From Eledone cirrhosa (lineage: Eukaryota), in the NCBI GenBank assembly GCA_964016885.1, contig OZ024742.1, positions 327,980,001-328,044,000 of the forward strand: 64,000 nt of DNA, given 5' to 3'. Shown in pieces: positions 40,547 to 55,577 of this stretch (its first letter is position 1; each line of letters starts with the position of its first letter). A program made the position numbers and the translations under genes. Below the pieces are notes generated by a model. The model saw nothing but the letters and a program-made list of their open reading frames with translations. It had not been told where the DNA came from and ran no database searches.

Positions 40547-42035
40547 TGATATTATTGTTTATCATTATCTATAAAAGGCAGATTGTTGTTGTTGTGTGTG
40601 TGCACATGTTCCATGTTTATACATTTGCACGATTTCAAACCGATTCGACTCAAAGTCTGTAAGAATCCACGTTCGTTGAGAGGTTTTAAAAAAGATTTAT
40701 CGCTTGTTGTTGAATAAATATATCTGTTGCTTTTGAATAATTGTCGTTTCGTATGAAATGTAATAATTGTTTCTACTTTTTTGGCACAAGGCCAGCAATT
40801 ACCCAGTACATTATTGGTACTTTATGTAATAATAAACGATCTCTCTCTCTCTCCCTCTCACTCTCTTCTCTCTCTCTCTTCGGCAATCACGCACGTTGTT
40901 TAATTGCTTTAAATGTTAATTAATAGTCGTGTATTTGTGGTTATAAATCCCGCACGTTGTCTAATTGCTTTAAATTTTTTTTTATCAATTTATGTGAGTG
41001 TGTGTTTGTATGTGTTTGTAAATAAATCATTAAGTTTGAAGCAACTAAAAGTTAGTGTGGTTATAAATCACGCACGGTGTTTAATTGCTTTAAATGTTTT
41101 TTTATCATTTTAAGTGAGTGTGTGTTTGTATGCGTTTGGAAATAAATCAGTAAGTTTGAAGTATAAAAGAGAAAGTAGCAAAATGTGTGGGTTGTAGATA
41201 GAGGTTAAAAGCAGATGATATGAGAGAGTAAAACGGACAGTATCACCATCAAGCTTGGAAAGAGAAAGTAGCAGAAAGTATGAAGTTGTATAGATTTTGA
41301 ATGGTAATGGATAGAGTTTAGCACTTTAAATGAGAGAGATGAATCGTAAAATATTGAGTTTTATCTATTTTTTTGCGTAATTGTGGGTGAAATTGAAAAA
41401 CGTATCTGTGCCAAGACGCAATCGAAGCTATTTCGAATACTGAATTGTAAATTTCAATTGAAGAAATTCTATATCGTAGATTTCTATAACAAAGGAGCAT
41501 GTCCATACACTGAGCTTTATAGATTATGATATATATATATATATATATATACATATGTCAGATTATACATTACAAATGGAGGCGATACCCCGTCCACACC
41601 TAACAACTATACCATGACAACACACATGCTATTCCACGGTTGAGGCTACTGTCTTACTTGATAGAATCAACTCAACCACCCCACCCCCAACAACAAACAC
41701 CACCACCGCCACCACTGCCACCACCACAAACCCCAACCACCACCAAATACACACATATGTATATATGTATGTGTGTGTGTCTGCAAAGCAGATCAATAAT
41801 GGAGTCGTGTCCATGAAATTCTACGGGTGACACTGAGCCAGGCCTCTGTGAAACGCGCTTAACAGTTCGATACACAATAAACAAAAATAACTGTATGTAA
41901 ACGAAACTTCATCGTTTTTTCTAATATATACACTCTGCAGTCTGTGTATCGACTGCTCTTTTTTGTAGTATCACCAGTAATTCACTGAATCATATGCACT
42001 ATATATATATATAACTATATATATATATAACTATA

Positions 42036-42145
<110 letters not shown>

Positions 42146-42504
42146 TTATTTATTAAAATAACAGATTAAAATTTAAGCAAAGAATCGCTGCTTTCACCCT
42201 TAACGGGATCTTCTGAAACTAACAAAGTCAATCTGTAAACGTAGAAGTGGATATTTCAAAAAGCGTTGCAACCGGAGGAAGACAGGAAGACGATACTTTG
42301 GTTCGTGGAAACATTTGCTGGCAAAGAACGGGAAAAAACGAATATAATACGTCATTAATAGGAGCGGTGAAAAACAATTACACGCAAAGACAGAATCACG
42401 TTTATGGTGTAACACTTTTGCTCTACGGTTCTTATATATTTGATATATATTTATCCTTATCGAGCCCTCTTTGGATTTTAGTCTTCAAATTTATTATCAT
42501 TACT

Positions 42505-42577
<73 letters not shown>

Positions 42578-43104
42578 TAAAAATTAGCGAGAATCGAAAT
42601 TCACCTCAGGAATTAACGAGAATCACTTCCGAGTTGTGTGGCAAGTGCTCGATGATTCATATGAATTAGAGCTTACAACTTACGTTAAAGGCCAAACACA
42701 CTGAGATGGTGGTTAATCTAATCATCCACACAGCGAAAATTCGATCGCCTATTTCGGGTCAAACAGATATACAGATATAAAAATATATAAAAATATAAAT
42801 GGTTGAAAGCTTACCCGGACCCCTGGAAAGTTGGTAAAGTCCAGTATTTGGGTTTCTGCGGCTCCACAAGTCATCTACTGTCCACTTACATAAATGATGT
42901 TAGGTTTCTGGTATCATGACTGAACTGGGAGTACGCATTGTCAACGGGATTCAGTTCGAAAGTCCACATAAATGTGTCTGTAACTGACCCCACGTGGGGT
43001 TCAGCCAGGGAGGCAACACCTATATTAGGCGAATGAATTCAGTTGTGTATAATATTGCGAAAATGCAAAATATCACAAATCGAATAAAGCTCTCGACAGA
43101 GTGG

Positions 43105-43150
<46 letters not shown>

Positions 43151-43237
43151 TAACAGATTAAAGTTTAATCAAAGAATATATATATTTATCCTTATCGAGC
43201 CCTTTTTGGATTTTAGTCTTTGAATTTATTATTATAA

Positions 43238-43423
43238 TAATTGTTTCCACTTTTGGCACAAGGCCAGCAATTATCCCAGTGTATTACTGATACTTTATGT
43301 TATCGACCCCGTACGGATGAAAGGCAAAGTTAACCTCGGTGGGATTTGAACTCAGATCATAAAGGGCCGTAATTCTTTGCTGCAAAGCATGGCGTCAGAC
43401 CTTCTACCGATACTACCAATCCA
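43238..43423 (-). mobile_element. tRNA-derived SINE copy
   Basis: Reverse complement of the SINE consensus. Confidence 0.85.
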
Positions 43424-44143
43424 CGATACTATTTATAGTTATGTATATACTATAAACAACTATAAACAGGAAATTTTGGAAGAAACGATTGTCAGCAATA
43501 AAATGATTTGAACATAACTTTGATAATTGTGTAATTTATATGTATATATATATAAAACTGAAACTGTAGTAGAAGTTTTGCTGACGGTGGGACTGACCAC
43601 CAAGACAAGACGGCAGCTAAGCGAACTCGGTATTCACACAGCCATACCTGCACATCTGTGATTCATGTGAATCTATTCATATATCTAAATTAATATGAAA
43701 ACCAAGAATTCGTTTTTCATTATTATAATTACTTTCTTTTTTTAATATCTTTTATCTGGGCGATGTTGTTCAGGTAGAAATTATTCTTAGAAGCAATATG
43801 ACAGCTAAAGAATATATCACTGACGTAGATCTAATTATATCATGTTAAGGAATATATGAGTCATCACTTTTCATCACCGAGTCTGCTTACTCTTATGAAC
43901 TTCCAATACAATATCTATCTATACATACACTTTGCTGATTTATACATAGTGGCTTTAGCATCTTTACGTTTATATGAGTTTTTCTCTTCTTCATTTCTAT
44001 ATCCTTATTGTCCTTGTCTTCTCCCCTTTCCACCTTTCTGTCCTTTCTCCCTTATCTTGGTCTCTCGCACCATGTTCTTTATCCATTCCTAACCGACGCA
44101 GCCTAATTTTGAAATCCAAACTGTTATACACACACACACATAC

Positions 44144-44496
<353 letters not shown>

Positions 44497-45199
44497 CACA
44501 CATACACATATATATATATACATATATGTGTGTGTATAAATACATTAATATATGACATTCACTATATCAGGGAATATCTATATATCTTGTTCTGAATCTT
44601 CACATTCTATATCTATTCCTGCATCAATCTCACATAGATGAAAACAGTCCAAAAAATAAGCCAACAAAAGTAAAATATATGATCCTGTGCACTTTTAAAG
44701 TTTGTGATTTGCTAAAGAATTAACCAAACATTGAGCCTATTGATAGAGTAAAGAAAGTTGAATAGACATTAATTGTTATAGTTTATCTAAATATATCTGG
44801 CTTCAAAAGGAATCTATAGTATTGCAGTGCAACCAATAGATTGAATTTTTGCGACAGGAAAGAAGTTTTTCCATTCTACCACATACACTGTATACTCTTA
44901 ATTTAGTTGTTAATATAATGCTTTTCAATATGCCATTTATCTAACCACACCAAGGATGAATGGGACTGAATGAATATCGGTTCTTTGATTGATCGGCCTA
45001 CATGTGCTCTCTACGACAGTGCTTTGCAATCGGAAGGCACTCGGTTCCTAGGAGAATAATTTTAGCTACGAAAGGAATTGGGGAGGCATCTACATTGTGT
45101 GTGTTCTTCTGGTTTTATAATTTCATAAATTTTTACCAATAGAGAGAGAGTCGGTTTCTAACATAGACACAAAACTCTCTCATTGGAATTTACACAACA

Positions 45200-45700
45200 T
45201 CAACTAGGTAGATATGCATGCATATGTGTGCAGGTATGGTTGCTATGGTATGTGCGGATGTGTATGTTTTGAGTTGTATGTGTGCATGTACATATGCTTT
45301 GTATCTGTACATGTGTACATGCAGTTATTAGATTCAGAATTTTTGGAGTGTTTTACATATTTTTACTGTTCCATTGATGGATTGTACTTGTAATTTCCTA
45401 ACTAGTTGTGTTCTTTCTGTTCCTGTGAAGCCTAGCTTCTCAAGATTTGTATTGAGGCAGTTACTAACATACCTCAGGGCTCCAATAATCACAGGCATAA
45501 ATCTGAAGATATAATCAGGGTGGAGTATCTGCAGATTTCTCATTAGTTCTGCATAAATATTCTCATTTTCGCTAATCTTTGGTATCATATTGGCATCTGG
45601 TGGGCAGATAACTTCCACTAGTGTGCATATCATTATATCTGGTCTGTTATGCCTGCATTTTATTGAGGTTTTGACTGGAACATTCCTCCAGTAATCTTTT
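45200..45700 (-). mobile_element. RLE-type (R4/NeSL-like) non-LTR retrotransposon 3' fragment
   Basis: WRNVPVKTSIKCRHNRPDI...CTLVEVICP...IYAELMRNLQ...PVIIGAL...LQVQSINGTVKICK. Confidence 0.7.
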
Positions 45701-45747
45701 GTATTATGTATGTATGTATGTAATGTATGTATGTATATATATATATA

Positions 45748-45937
45748 TAACTGTTTCTACTTTTGGCACAAAGCCAACAATTACCCAGTACATTACTAGT
45801 ACTTTATTTTATCGACCCCGTAAGGATGAAAGGCAAAGTGAACCTCGGCGGGATATGAACTCAGACCGTAAAGGGACGTAATTATGCTGGAAAGCATGGC
45901 GTCCAACTCGCTACCGATACTGCCAATCCACCGCCCT
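45748..45937 (-). mobile_element. tRNA-derived SINE copy
   Basis: Reverse complement of the SINE consensus. Confidence 0.85.
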
Positions 45938-46849
45938 ATATATATAACGATGGATGTGTGGTAAGGAACCAGCTGTACCATAACGCACCAGAGTACTCGA
46001 TACTTTGGGTAGTAGAGTGGGTAATAGGTAAAGAGCCAGGACCCCGACGGCAGATTTCAAACCGTTTCGACGGCTATTTCTGTGGACCGTAACGCACCAG
46101 AGTGCTCGATACTTTGGGTGGTAGAATGGGTAATAAGAAGGGGTTCAGGGCCCCAACGATAGAGTTTAAGCCGTTTCGAAGGCTATTTCTGGATATATAT
46201 ATGTTTTGTGTTGATATCTTATACATATAATAAATGCAGACATATATATATATATATATACTAATATATCAATAATAATATAAACAATGGTTTAGATCGA
46301 TATCCAATGATTTACAGATAGCTTAGGATCATACGGATAGGATACATTTTAATACAACATTCCCAGTCAGAAGCCTAGGCTACAGAAGCAGTGTAATTAT
46401 TGTATCGATGGATTAACATATGTTCATTTTAAAGTATTCCAAAATGTCATCAATGGAAACAACCAGTCTCCTCTTAGTTTAGCACACAAATGTCAGCCGC
46501 AGTACAAAATCCACATCTAAGCTGATACAGCACTGTTTCAAGCTCCGTGGAGAATCCGCTGGTGATCGATTAATAATAATACATACATATATAGGAACAT
46601 GATAATAGTACCACTGATGATGTTTCAGATGTGCAACGAAAGAACTTTGTTAGACTATATATATATATATATATATGTATATATTTATATCTGTATTTTT
46701 AACCGTTGATCAATCATTGATAAACATTGATTACCAAATAAATTAACTATGGAGATATAAAAGATACAGAAGCGAAAACCAACCAAATAGTGAGTGTGTT
46801 CTGTTATTATTTGTGGCAATATTATTACAATAAGAACCTTCCCAAGTAT

Positions 46850-46935
<86 letters not shown>

Positions 46936-47263
46936 ACAGGGACGATTATGAGGAAGAAAAATTTTTTTTTTTCCTTTTTTGTTTCTCTCTCTCTTTTTTC
47001 TGGGTTAGAAAATGATTAAAACGAAATGTTTTACTTTGTGTGAAGTGTTAAGGTATATATATATATATATATAAATATATATATATATAGGAACATGTTT
47101 AACCCCGACGGCAGAGCTCAAGCGTTTCGACGGCTATTTCTGGACAGTCCAGAAATAGCCATCGAGACGGCTTGAGCTCTGCTGTCGGGGTTAAACATTT
47201 TCCTATTAACAACTCTACTGCTCTAAATATTGAGTACTCTGGTTCCTTACCACACTTTCTTCG

Positions 47264-47325
<62 letters not shown>

Positions 47326-47363
47326 AAGAATACAAGAGCGTCTACATCAAAATATTTTTATTG

Positions 47364-47408
47364 GCTTACAATGTTTCTTCCTTACGTAACCGTAGGATTC
47401 ATCAGAGC
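47364..47408 (-). ncRNA. Type I hammerhead ribozyme near the end of a TA-inserted element
   Basis: GCT-CTGATGA-A TCCTACG gtta CGTAAGGA A-GAAAC att GTA-AGC, followed by AATAAA. Confidence 0.7.
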
Positions 47409-48250
47409 TATAAAAGGGGTTTGATTGGTGTTATGGACTCTACCAACCAAACATTCAAGAACAAAGAGTAAAGAGAGTAAAGAGCAAAAGTAGGGGACGA
47501 TAACTCTAATTTTGGTGCGGGAGGGTGGGGTGTGGGTCCTTGTTTACTAGCTGCGGTCATATTCATTCCCGGGAGTCGGGTGGTTAGCTGAACCATAGAT
47601 GGGGTGGCGTCGATAGTATGGTGCAGAGGGTGCGCAGAGGCTACACAAACACAAAGGGCATACACTATATATATATATATAGCGGAGGAGAAAGTACATG
47701 AGGTAATTAGAAATGGAAAAAGAGTAATAATAATAATCTATAATTAATAGTGTATAATGAGGCATGGGGAAGATTACACTATAATAAGGTATAAAAGTAA
47801 GAATAAGGTAAAATATAAAGGAGGATAAAAGTGGAAATAATAAAGATAGAAAAAATAATAAAGATAAAAAAATATATAGAGAATATATAAAGAAATATAA
47901 GCGAATATTTGGAGGGGAAAACACAATGTAAAAAAACCGATTTTTTTCAAATAATAATAAAAATATAATAATTATGGGGGGAGAAAACGGGATAGAGAAA
48001 TATGATCAAGTGTGATTAGTTGAGAGAATATAATATGATAATAGTTATGTCAAGTTTATACATCTTAATAATAAATAATCTGTGTATCAGAGTTGCAGAA
48101 CCTTCAATTCACTTACGGGTTCAAGCCACGTGGCATGGTCCATTGTTTATCTGTGCGGTCATAGGCGTTTGTTTTTGACACCACAGCAGATGCACAAGTT
48201 TGTAAATTCCAATGCAGATAGAAATCTATTTTTGCTCACCCGGACATTGA

Positions 48251-48311
<61 letters not shown>

Positions 48312-48819
48312 GTGTGTAAAGAGAAATATCAAGATACACCGCTTACAAATCCGATCGCAAATTAACAGCTACTTCAGACTTAATCTTGTTTGGGACTATA
48401 GAATTATTAAGGTTTAAAATACTTGTTCTTATTAATATGGCACTTGCAAGAAAGATTGCGAGAAGACAATGGAAATGGGGGAGAAATTGAAGAAATTTGA
48501 TATCGCAAGTAGAGGAGTCTGACATGGATGTGAGAACCTTTACTCTAAAAGGTATGACAATGAGTTAAATCTACCTACTACTATTTCATTGACCCAGAAA
48601 GAGGAAAGGCGAAGTTGACCTCGGCGGAACTTGAACACAGAGGGAAAAGAGGGCAAACAAATACCATCACGTATTTTAACCCACACCAATGGAAATATTA
48701 GAAGTAAATGGTGTAAACAAATGAATCTACATAAATAAATAAGTCGAGATAACGAAGGAGTCCCAATAACCATATAGCAGCTAATATCGCTGAAACCGAT
48801 ATAGTCTCCCTCTCTCTCA

Positions 48820-48866
<47 letters not shown>

Positions 48867-48879
48867 GGAGATAGAGAGA

Positions 48880-48943
<64 letters not shown>

Positions 48944-49420
48944 GAGAGAGAGAGAGAGAGGTAGTAAGGTAGATAGATAGATAAAGATGGATATATCATA
49001 TTTGGTTTACTCGGGAATAAAAAAGAGATAACATACTGAATTTAAGTACGTTTTCAATGAAGCTCATAGACAGCTTCTTAGATGTGTTACTTCTTAATTC
49101 TGTCAAGCATGGAGGAACTACTTCAGAAATAAATATATCACACTACCATAACCGCCAGCACAAGCACCAACACCATCCCCGACAAACCCCACCATTTATG
49201 CGACATACACAGTCCCTACTGAGACAGTAAACAACACTAAAGTCACACTCAGATCTGAAGTACCAAACAGCCTGACTCAGTGTTGTGCATCTTTTACCAT
49301 GACATTTACACTGACCTTTCAAAATAGCAACAAGAAAAATAACTGCAAAAGTATGAACACTCGCATACACATACATGCATACATATAAGTATGAATATGT
49401 ATGGATATATATATGTGTGT

Positions 49421-49478
<58 letters not shown>

Positions 49479-49572
49479 GTCTGTATCTTCTCCTTCTTCC
49501 CTATCTTTCTGTACACACACACACACACACACACACACACTCATATATATATATATATATACACACACAAAC

Positions 49573-49634
<62 letters not shown>

Positions 49635-49636
<2 letters not shown>

Positions 49637-50137
49637 CGTTTCTGAATTTGTTTAGCAAGATTCTTTATCTGAAATCGTGTGTTGAAACCGATATTGTTAT
49701 ACTTTGGGAGGGTCATGTTGCCAATAAGAAACACACGCACCAGTTGTTTCACTTCAATTTATTATATATTTATAAATTTATAAATCTACAAATTTACAAA
49801 TTTACAAATTTCTGGTTGGTTGGTTGGTTCCACAACCAGATAGTTGTTTATATATATAGTCATAGTCCTTTCGTCACACATTCTGTGACCTCTTCAGTGA
49901 CTGGGGATTCCTTTCTTCGTTTCTGTGCCTTTCCTTTCTTCTATCCTACGCCATTTTGTTTCTGTGTGTGTGTGTTGTGTGCTCAGTTTGCGCATGCGCC
50001 ACATCCGGGTGTCTGTGTGTGTTTGTGTTCATTTTTTTATTTTTCTATTTATATTTTTCTATTTGTTTATTTATTTATTTATTTATTGTTGGTTGGTTGT
50101 TTGTTCTATGTGTGTGTGTGTTTTCATTTTGTCCTGT
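49635..50137 (-). mobile_element. Solo pLTR of the 4044-8052 PLE family with intact hammerhead (49858-49902)
   Basis: Reverse complement homologous to 7597-8052. AGTCA-CTGAAGA-G-GTCACA gaatg TGTGAC-GAAAG ga CTA-TGACT. Confidence 0.85.
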
Positions 50138-50237
50138 GTATATATATATATATATAATGGAAAATTTGAACAGGAACAAAACAGAGAGGCAGTACAACGA
50201 ACGTTTATTAATTTCACGCTCTGGAGAGTGGGGTGGT

Positions 50238-50315
<78 letters not shown>

Positions 50316-50317
<2 letters not shown>

Positions 50318-51570
50318 ATCTGAGTTTTCCGAATATTAATAATTGTTTCTACTTTAGGCACAAGGCCAGCAATAACCCAGTACATTACTGGTACTTTATT
50401 TTATCGACCCCGTAAGGATGAAAGGCAAAGTGAACCTCGGCGGGATTTGAACTCAGATCGTAAAGGGATGTAACTATGCTGGAAAGTATGGCGTCCGACC
50501 CTCTACCGATACTGCCAATCCACCGCCCTTTTCGAATATTAATAATAACATTCGATTCGGTTGCAATTATGCAAGGAAGCCTCAATTTGATAACCCTGTC
50601 AGTAGAAAGAACCCTTCATTCTTGCTCTTGTGTTGGCATGTGAACTGCAGACACTAATGTTTCTGTGTTCCGCCCTTCATCAGTACAGTTCACTGTTCAC
50701 CTGCCAAACTGTCAGAGCTAGTGAAAATATATGCTATTTTCAAAAATACACAATGACTGGTCGACCGTTCTGTTCGCATGCCAACACAAGAGCAAGAATG
50801 AAGTGTTCATTCTACTGACATGGCTATAAAATTGAGGCTTGTTTGCATAATTGTAAACGAATCGAATGTTATTATTAATATTCGAAAAACTCAGATTACA
50901 TTTATTGTATTCAGCCATGTCGAGCGAAAAGTTTCTGTTTTATTTGAATTTGGCAAAGCCCGCCATTTATCGCTCGTATACAAGAAACTGACTAGCCAGT
51001 CTGCTGATATGCAAATCTGGCTGATCAGTGGATCTGCTAATATGCAGATCTGACTGATCAGCCAGTCTGCTAATATGCAAATCAGTCACTGTATTTTTGA
51101 ATATACGGCATACATTTTTGAAAATAGCATATATTTTCACTAGCTCTGACAGTTGGCAGGTGAACAGTGAGCTGTACTTATGAAGGGTGATACCCAGAAA
51201 CATTAGTGTCTTCAGTTCTGTTCACATGCCAACACAAGAGCAACAATGAAGGGTTCATTCTACTGTCATGGCTATCAAATTGAGACTTGTTTGCATAATT
51301 TCAAACGAATCGAATTGGATTGGCAGTATGGGTAGAAGGTCGGACCCCATGCTTTGCAGCATGGAGTTACGGCTCTTTACAGTCTAAGTTCAATTCCTGT
51401 CGAGGTCAACGTTGCCTTTCATTCTTACGGGGTCGATAAAATAAAGTACCAGTAATGCACTGGATAATTGCTGGCCTTGTGCCAAATGTAGAAACAATTA
51501 TTAATATTCGAAAAATTCAGATTACATTTATTGTATTCAGCCATGTAGAGCGACATTTTCTTTTTTATTT
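50316..51570. mobile_element. Composite hammerhead element: inverted copy + partial tandem, with SINEs at 50340-50529 (minus) and 51316-51500 (plus)
   Basis: 50316-50750 is the reverse complement of about 51115-51530, and 50767-50945 is directly repeated from about 51215. Hammerhead at 50642-50691 (minus): GAACTGTA-CTGATGA-...-GAAACA ttag TGTC-TGCAGTTC; second copy at 51169-51218 (plus) with core CTTATGA. Confidence 0.8.
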
Positions 51571-52085
51571 ATATATATATATATTTATATATATGTTTGT
51601 GTGTGTGTGTGTGAGTGTGCGTGCGCGTGAGCGTGTGTGTGAGAGTAGGTTCTTGAGTGGTGTCGGGAGTAACCACAGTTGAAAAAGGTACTCAATAAGT
51701 TCGTAGAACATGGGTATCACATATATGCATATATATGCATGTCAGTGTATTTTTCAATGTGTGTTTATAGGGATGTATTAACTATAAAAACTTGCTTACG
51801 ACCAACGTTATTTTGAAAAAAAAAGTGAAAAATACCTTACTACTGCTACTAATTCTACTGCTACTACTATCTTGTCTGGAATCTTGTCTTCTATGTTACC
51901 GGATGTCTCCAGTAGAGAGACACTTCTCAATTCATTGAAGACTGCTTACCACTCACAACGCCCAGTCTATACAGGAGACACTTCAACATCTGTTCCGTGT
52001 GTTATTTTATTACAGTTATGTCCGTAGATTTGGTAGGCTGATAGCGTACGGATGCCTGTCGTGTTTTTTTTTTTGTGTATATATT

Positions 52086-52119
<34 letters not shown>

Positions 52120-53185
52120 CGTGTGTGTATGTGTGTATAAATTTGAATCTACATAAATACATAGTGGGCAACTGAGTCTGCGCCGATATGTATATAAATA
52201 TACACATTTTAAAAATGTAAACATGTAAACATGCTAGAAAATAAGAATTTTTCTGTAAATTAAAAATATATTAAACATATTTAATCCATTTTCTGACCTT
52301 TTGGGCCCTCATCCGAAGGTGTGTATATCATATAAGCAACTACAAGCAATCACAAATTTAAAGGGTTTTTATACCTATTTGATCATAGAAGTATTCTGAA
52401 ATGGACGTACTAATTTGCATATAATTAGCGGTCATGCTGGTAGTTAAGATATATATTAGCCCTTTAATTACCGTATTTATAATGAAATATACTCTCTTTC
52501 AATTTATATATACAGAATTTTGAAATATTTACTCAAATTATTAATTATTTCGTTCCTAATATAACAACTAAAAATATAGCTCTTGTAAAATATCTAAAAT
52601 ATCAAAGGGAAGCCATTGTGAAGTTTTGTTTCAACTTAAATTTTTCTAATAACTATTTTAATTTAATGAGACGACATAGCAATGTGATACAATCTGAAAA
52701 TTACAGTTTCTGACAGATGGAGGCGGATTTTGAACTCAAACGCACAGAAACACCGCAAACTCTGCCAATTCATTACATTGCGTCAATCTTTGATATCTCT
52801 AATACCCAAGGCCAACCCTATCATATATAAGCGGATAATTATCCTTAATTATCTAACTGTATTAAAAAGTTACTCATACATAATATCCTGAAAGGAATAA
52901 AGAGACAGAGAGTGAAACAGTGAGTATAGTAATATGAAGAAGAAGGTGAGAGCTGAGAAATGTTATTCACATATTCAGTGATGTGACACACTCATTGACC
53001 CTTCCGGGTGTATTTAATTGGTTTGTGTTATAAATGATAATTGGTAAATGTCTCATTAACGGAGTTTATACGGATTATTATATCTATGTATATCACATAA
53101 AGACATGTGTATACATATAAATATGCATATATGTACATATTTATATGTATACACAGACACACACATACACACACAAACATATACA

Positions 53186-53270
<85 letters not shown>

Positions 53271-53339
53271 GTAAAAGGGGTATTTAATTAGTTGGAAGTC
53301 CGATATAGTTTCCATTTATTTAATATCATTGTATATATA

Positions 53340-54230
53340 TCTATATACTTAATTCCCGTTCTCTGTGTGTGTGTAAAAGAGTTTCACTTGGAAAATATTC
53401 CATCGATCTCTGTCAAATTAAACACATAGCCAAAATAGGCTACCGTTTGTAACATCAAGAAAAAATTATTTCATAATGATTAATTTCGAGGTCACAAACT
53501 TCGATTTTATAATCTTATAGACTTTTGCACTAACAAATTCCATGACGGCCATAAAGAGAGAGAGAGCGTTCCTTTTACACACTTCTTAACTCTCCCCCTT
53601 CCACAACACGACGTTATGGGATTGTATGTGTATGTGCGTGTGCGTGTATATATGTGTGTGTATGTGTTTGTGTGTGTATGTGTGCGTGCATGTGTGTGTG
53701 TGTGTGTGTGTGTGTAATTTCCATAACGGCCAGAGAGAGAAGGATGTGTGAGAGGGAGATAGAAAGAGAGGAGTGAGAGAGAGAGAGTAAAATAAAGAAA
53801 GAGAGGAGTGTGTGTGACGCGAATATGATAAATACAGCGTTTATAATTTTAACTTACACTTCTTAACTCTCCCCCTTCCACAACGTCACGTCTTGGGATT
53901 GTGTGCGTATGTGTGTGTGTGTATGTGTGTGTGTATGTGTGTATGTGTGTGTATGTGTTTGTGTGTGTGTGTACATGATGGATGTTTTAAAATACACATT
54001 GTTCAACCGACACGGCTAACGATACATTTCTCTATGTTCACATTTTAATGACACATATCTGTAAATAAAACTTGCTCTTTTTGAATACCGTCTCATTTTT
54101 TTTTTTTATTGAAAGAGTTGATCAGGTAAAATTATCCTCCAAGTTAAACATACAACACGGAAATTGACCATTAACATTGCGGCCCTACCAAAAACTGACA
54201 CCGTTCAATGGACGGGGGTCATTTGCTAGT
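53340..54230 (+). mobile_element. Non-autonomous Helitron-like element with internal duplication
   Basis: 5' TC start (tctatatac) followed by a TG microsatellite; 3' hairpin ccgttc aat ggacgg then CTAG-t; internal direct repeat at about 53538-53715 / 53718-53972. Confidence 0.65.
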
Positions 54231-54288
54231 ATATATATATAACTATTATGCTATATATATATATATATATATATATATAACTATTATG

Positions 54289-54338
<50 letters not shown>

Positions 54339-54426
54339 GAAAAGTTATATTTAAAATTGTTGGGTTACAACTAGTAAATATTTATAACTGATATAAAAGC
54401 ACTCGACAAATATTTGGAGTATATTT

Positions 54427-54796
54427 ACAATATTAAATAAATGGAAACTATATTTATAAAACCATATTTATTTCATTATATATATTTCAGGGATATCATA
54501 TTAACAATATGCTATGCCTTCCTCAGACAAAATACAATATAAACAGTTTTATAGATAAATAGATTCGACATACCGTAATAACATCGACTTGCATTTGAAG
54601 AGGTTGATATGGCAGTCATATCAACCTCTTCAAATGCAAGTCGATGTTATTACGGTATGTCGAATCTATTTATCTATAAAACTGTTTATATTGTATTTTG
54701 TCTGAGGAAGGCATAGCATATTGTTAATATGATATCCCTGAAATATATATAATGAAATAAATATGGTTTTATAAATATAGTTTCCATTTATTTAAT

Positions 54797-54802
<6 letters not shown>
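54427..54802. repeat. About 375-bp essentially perfect palindrome in (TA)n; each arm holds a hammerhead (plus copy 54694-54759)
   Basis: Centre gatatg-gcagt-catatc (about 54614). TATTTTGT-CTGAGGA-AGG...CATATT gtt AATATG...CCT-GAAATATATATA-ATGAAATA. Related eroded copy at about 36893-36990. Confidence 0.85.
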
Positions 54803-54865
<63 letters not shown>

Positions 54866-55232
54866 CTATTATGCTATTTGTGTAGCAATATAAAAATACG
54901 GTAATATAACAGAAATTCAACATGTATATTGTTAAGGATACATTGTTTGTTTTGATATTGTTGCAGTTGGGCGTATAATCTGAACGATTACATGACTTAC
55001 ACCGAGGATAAACAATACACTGTATATATTGCTGAATCGTGTAAATAAATACAATTTAATATTGGAGTAACTGAAACAATATAGTTGATTCATTATATAC
55101 GTTTCATGAGGTTAGTTCTCACCGCAGCAGGTTTGTGTCTAGATCTATACTTCTATTTTTGTAAGGTCTATCTATTCATATATTTCTGTCCATTTCTCTA
55201 TCTTCCCAGAAACACACACTCACTCCCCCTTT

Positions 55233-55577
<345 letters not shown>

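Noticed and set aside
46610-46660. CTGATGA-tgtt...aac-GAAAG hammerhead-like string (similar weak ones at about 3468, 52285 and 57845)
   Set aside because: Helix I/III pairing and the cleavage triplet cannot be formed convincingly; may be eroded copies but not supportable individually.
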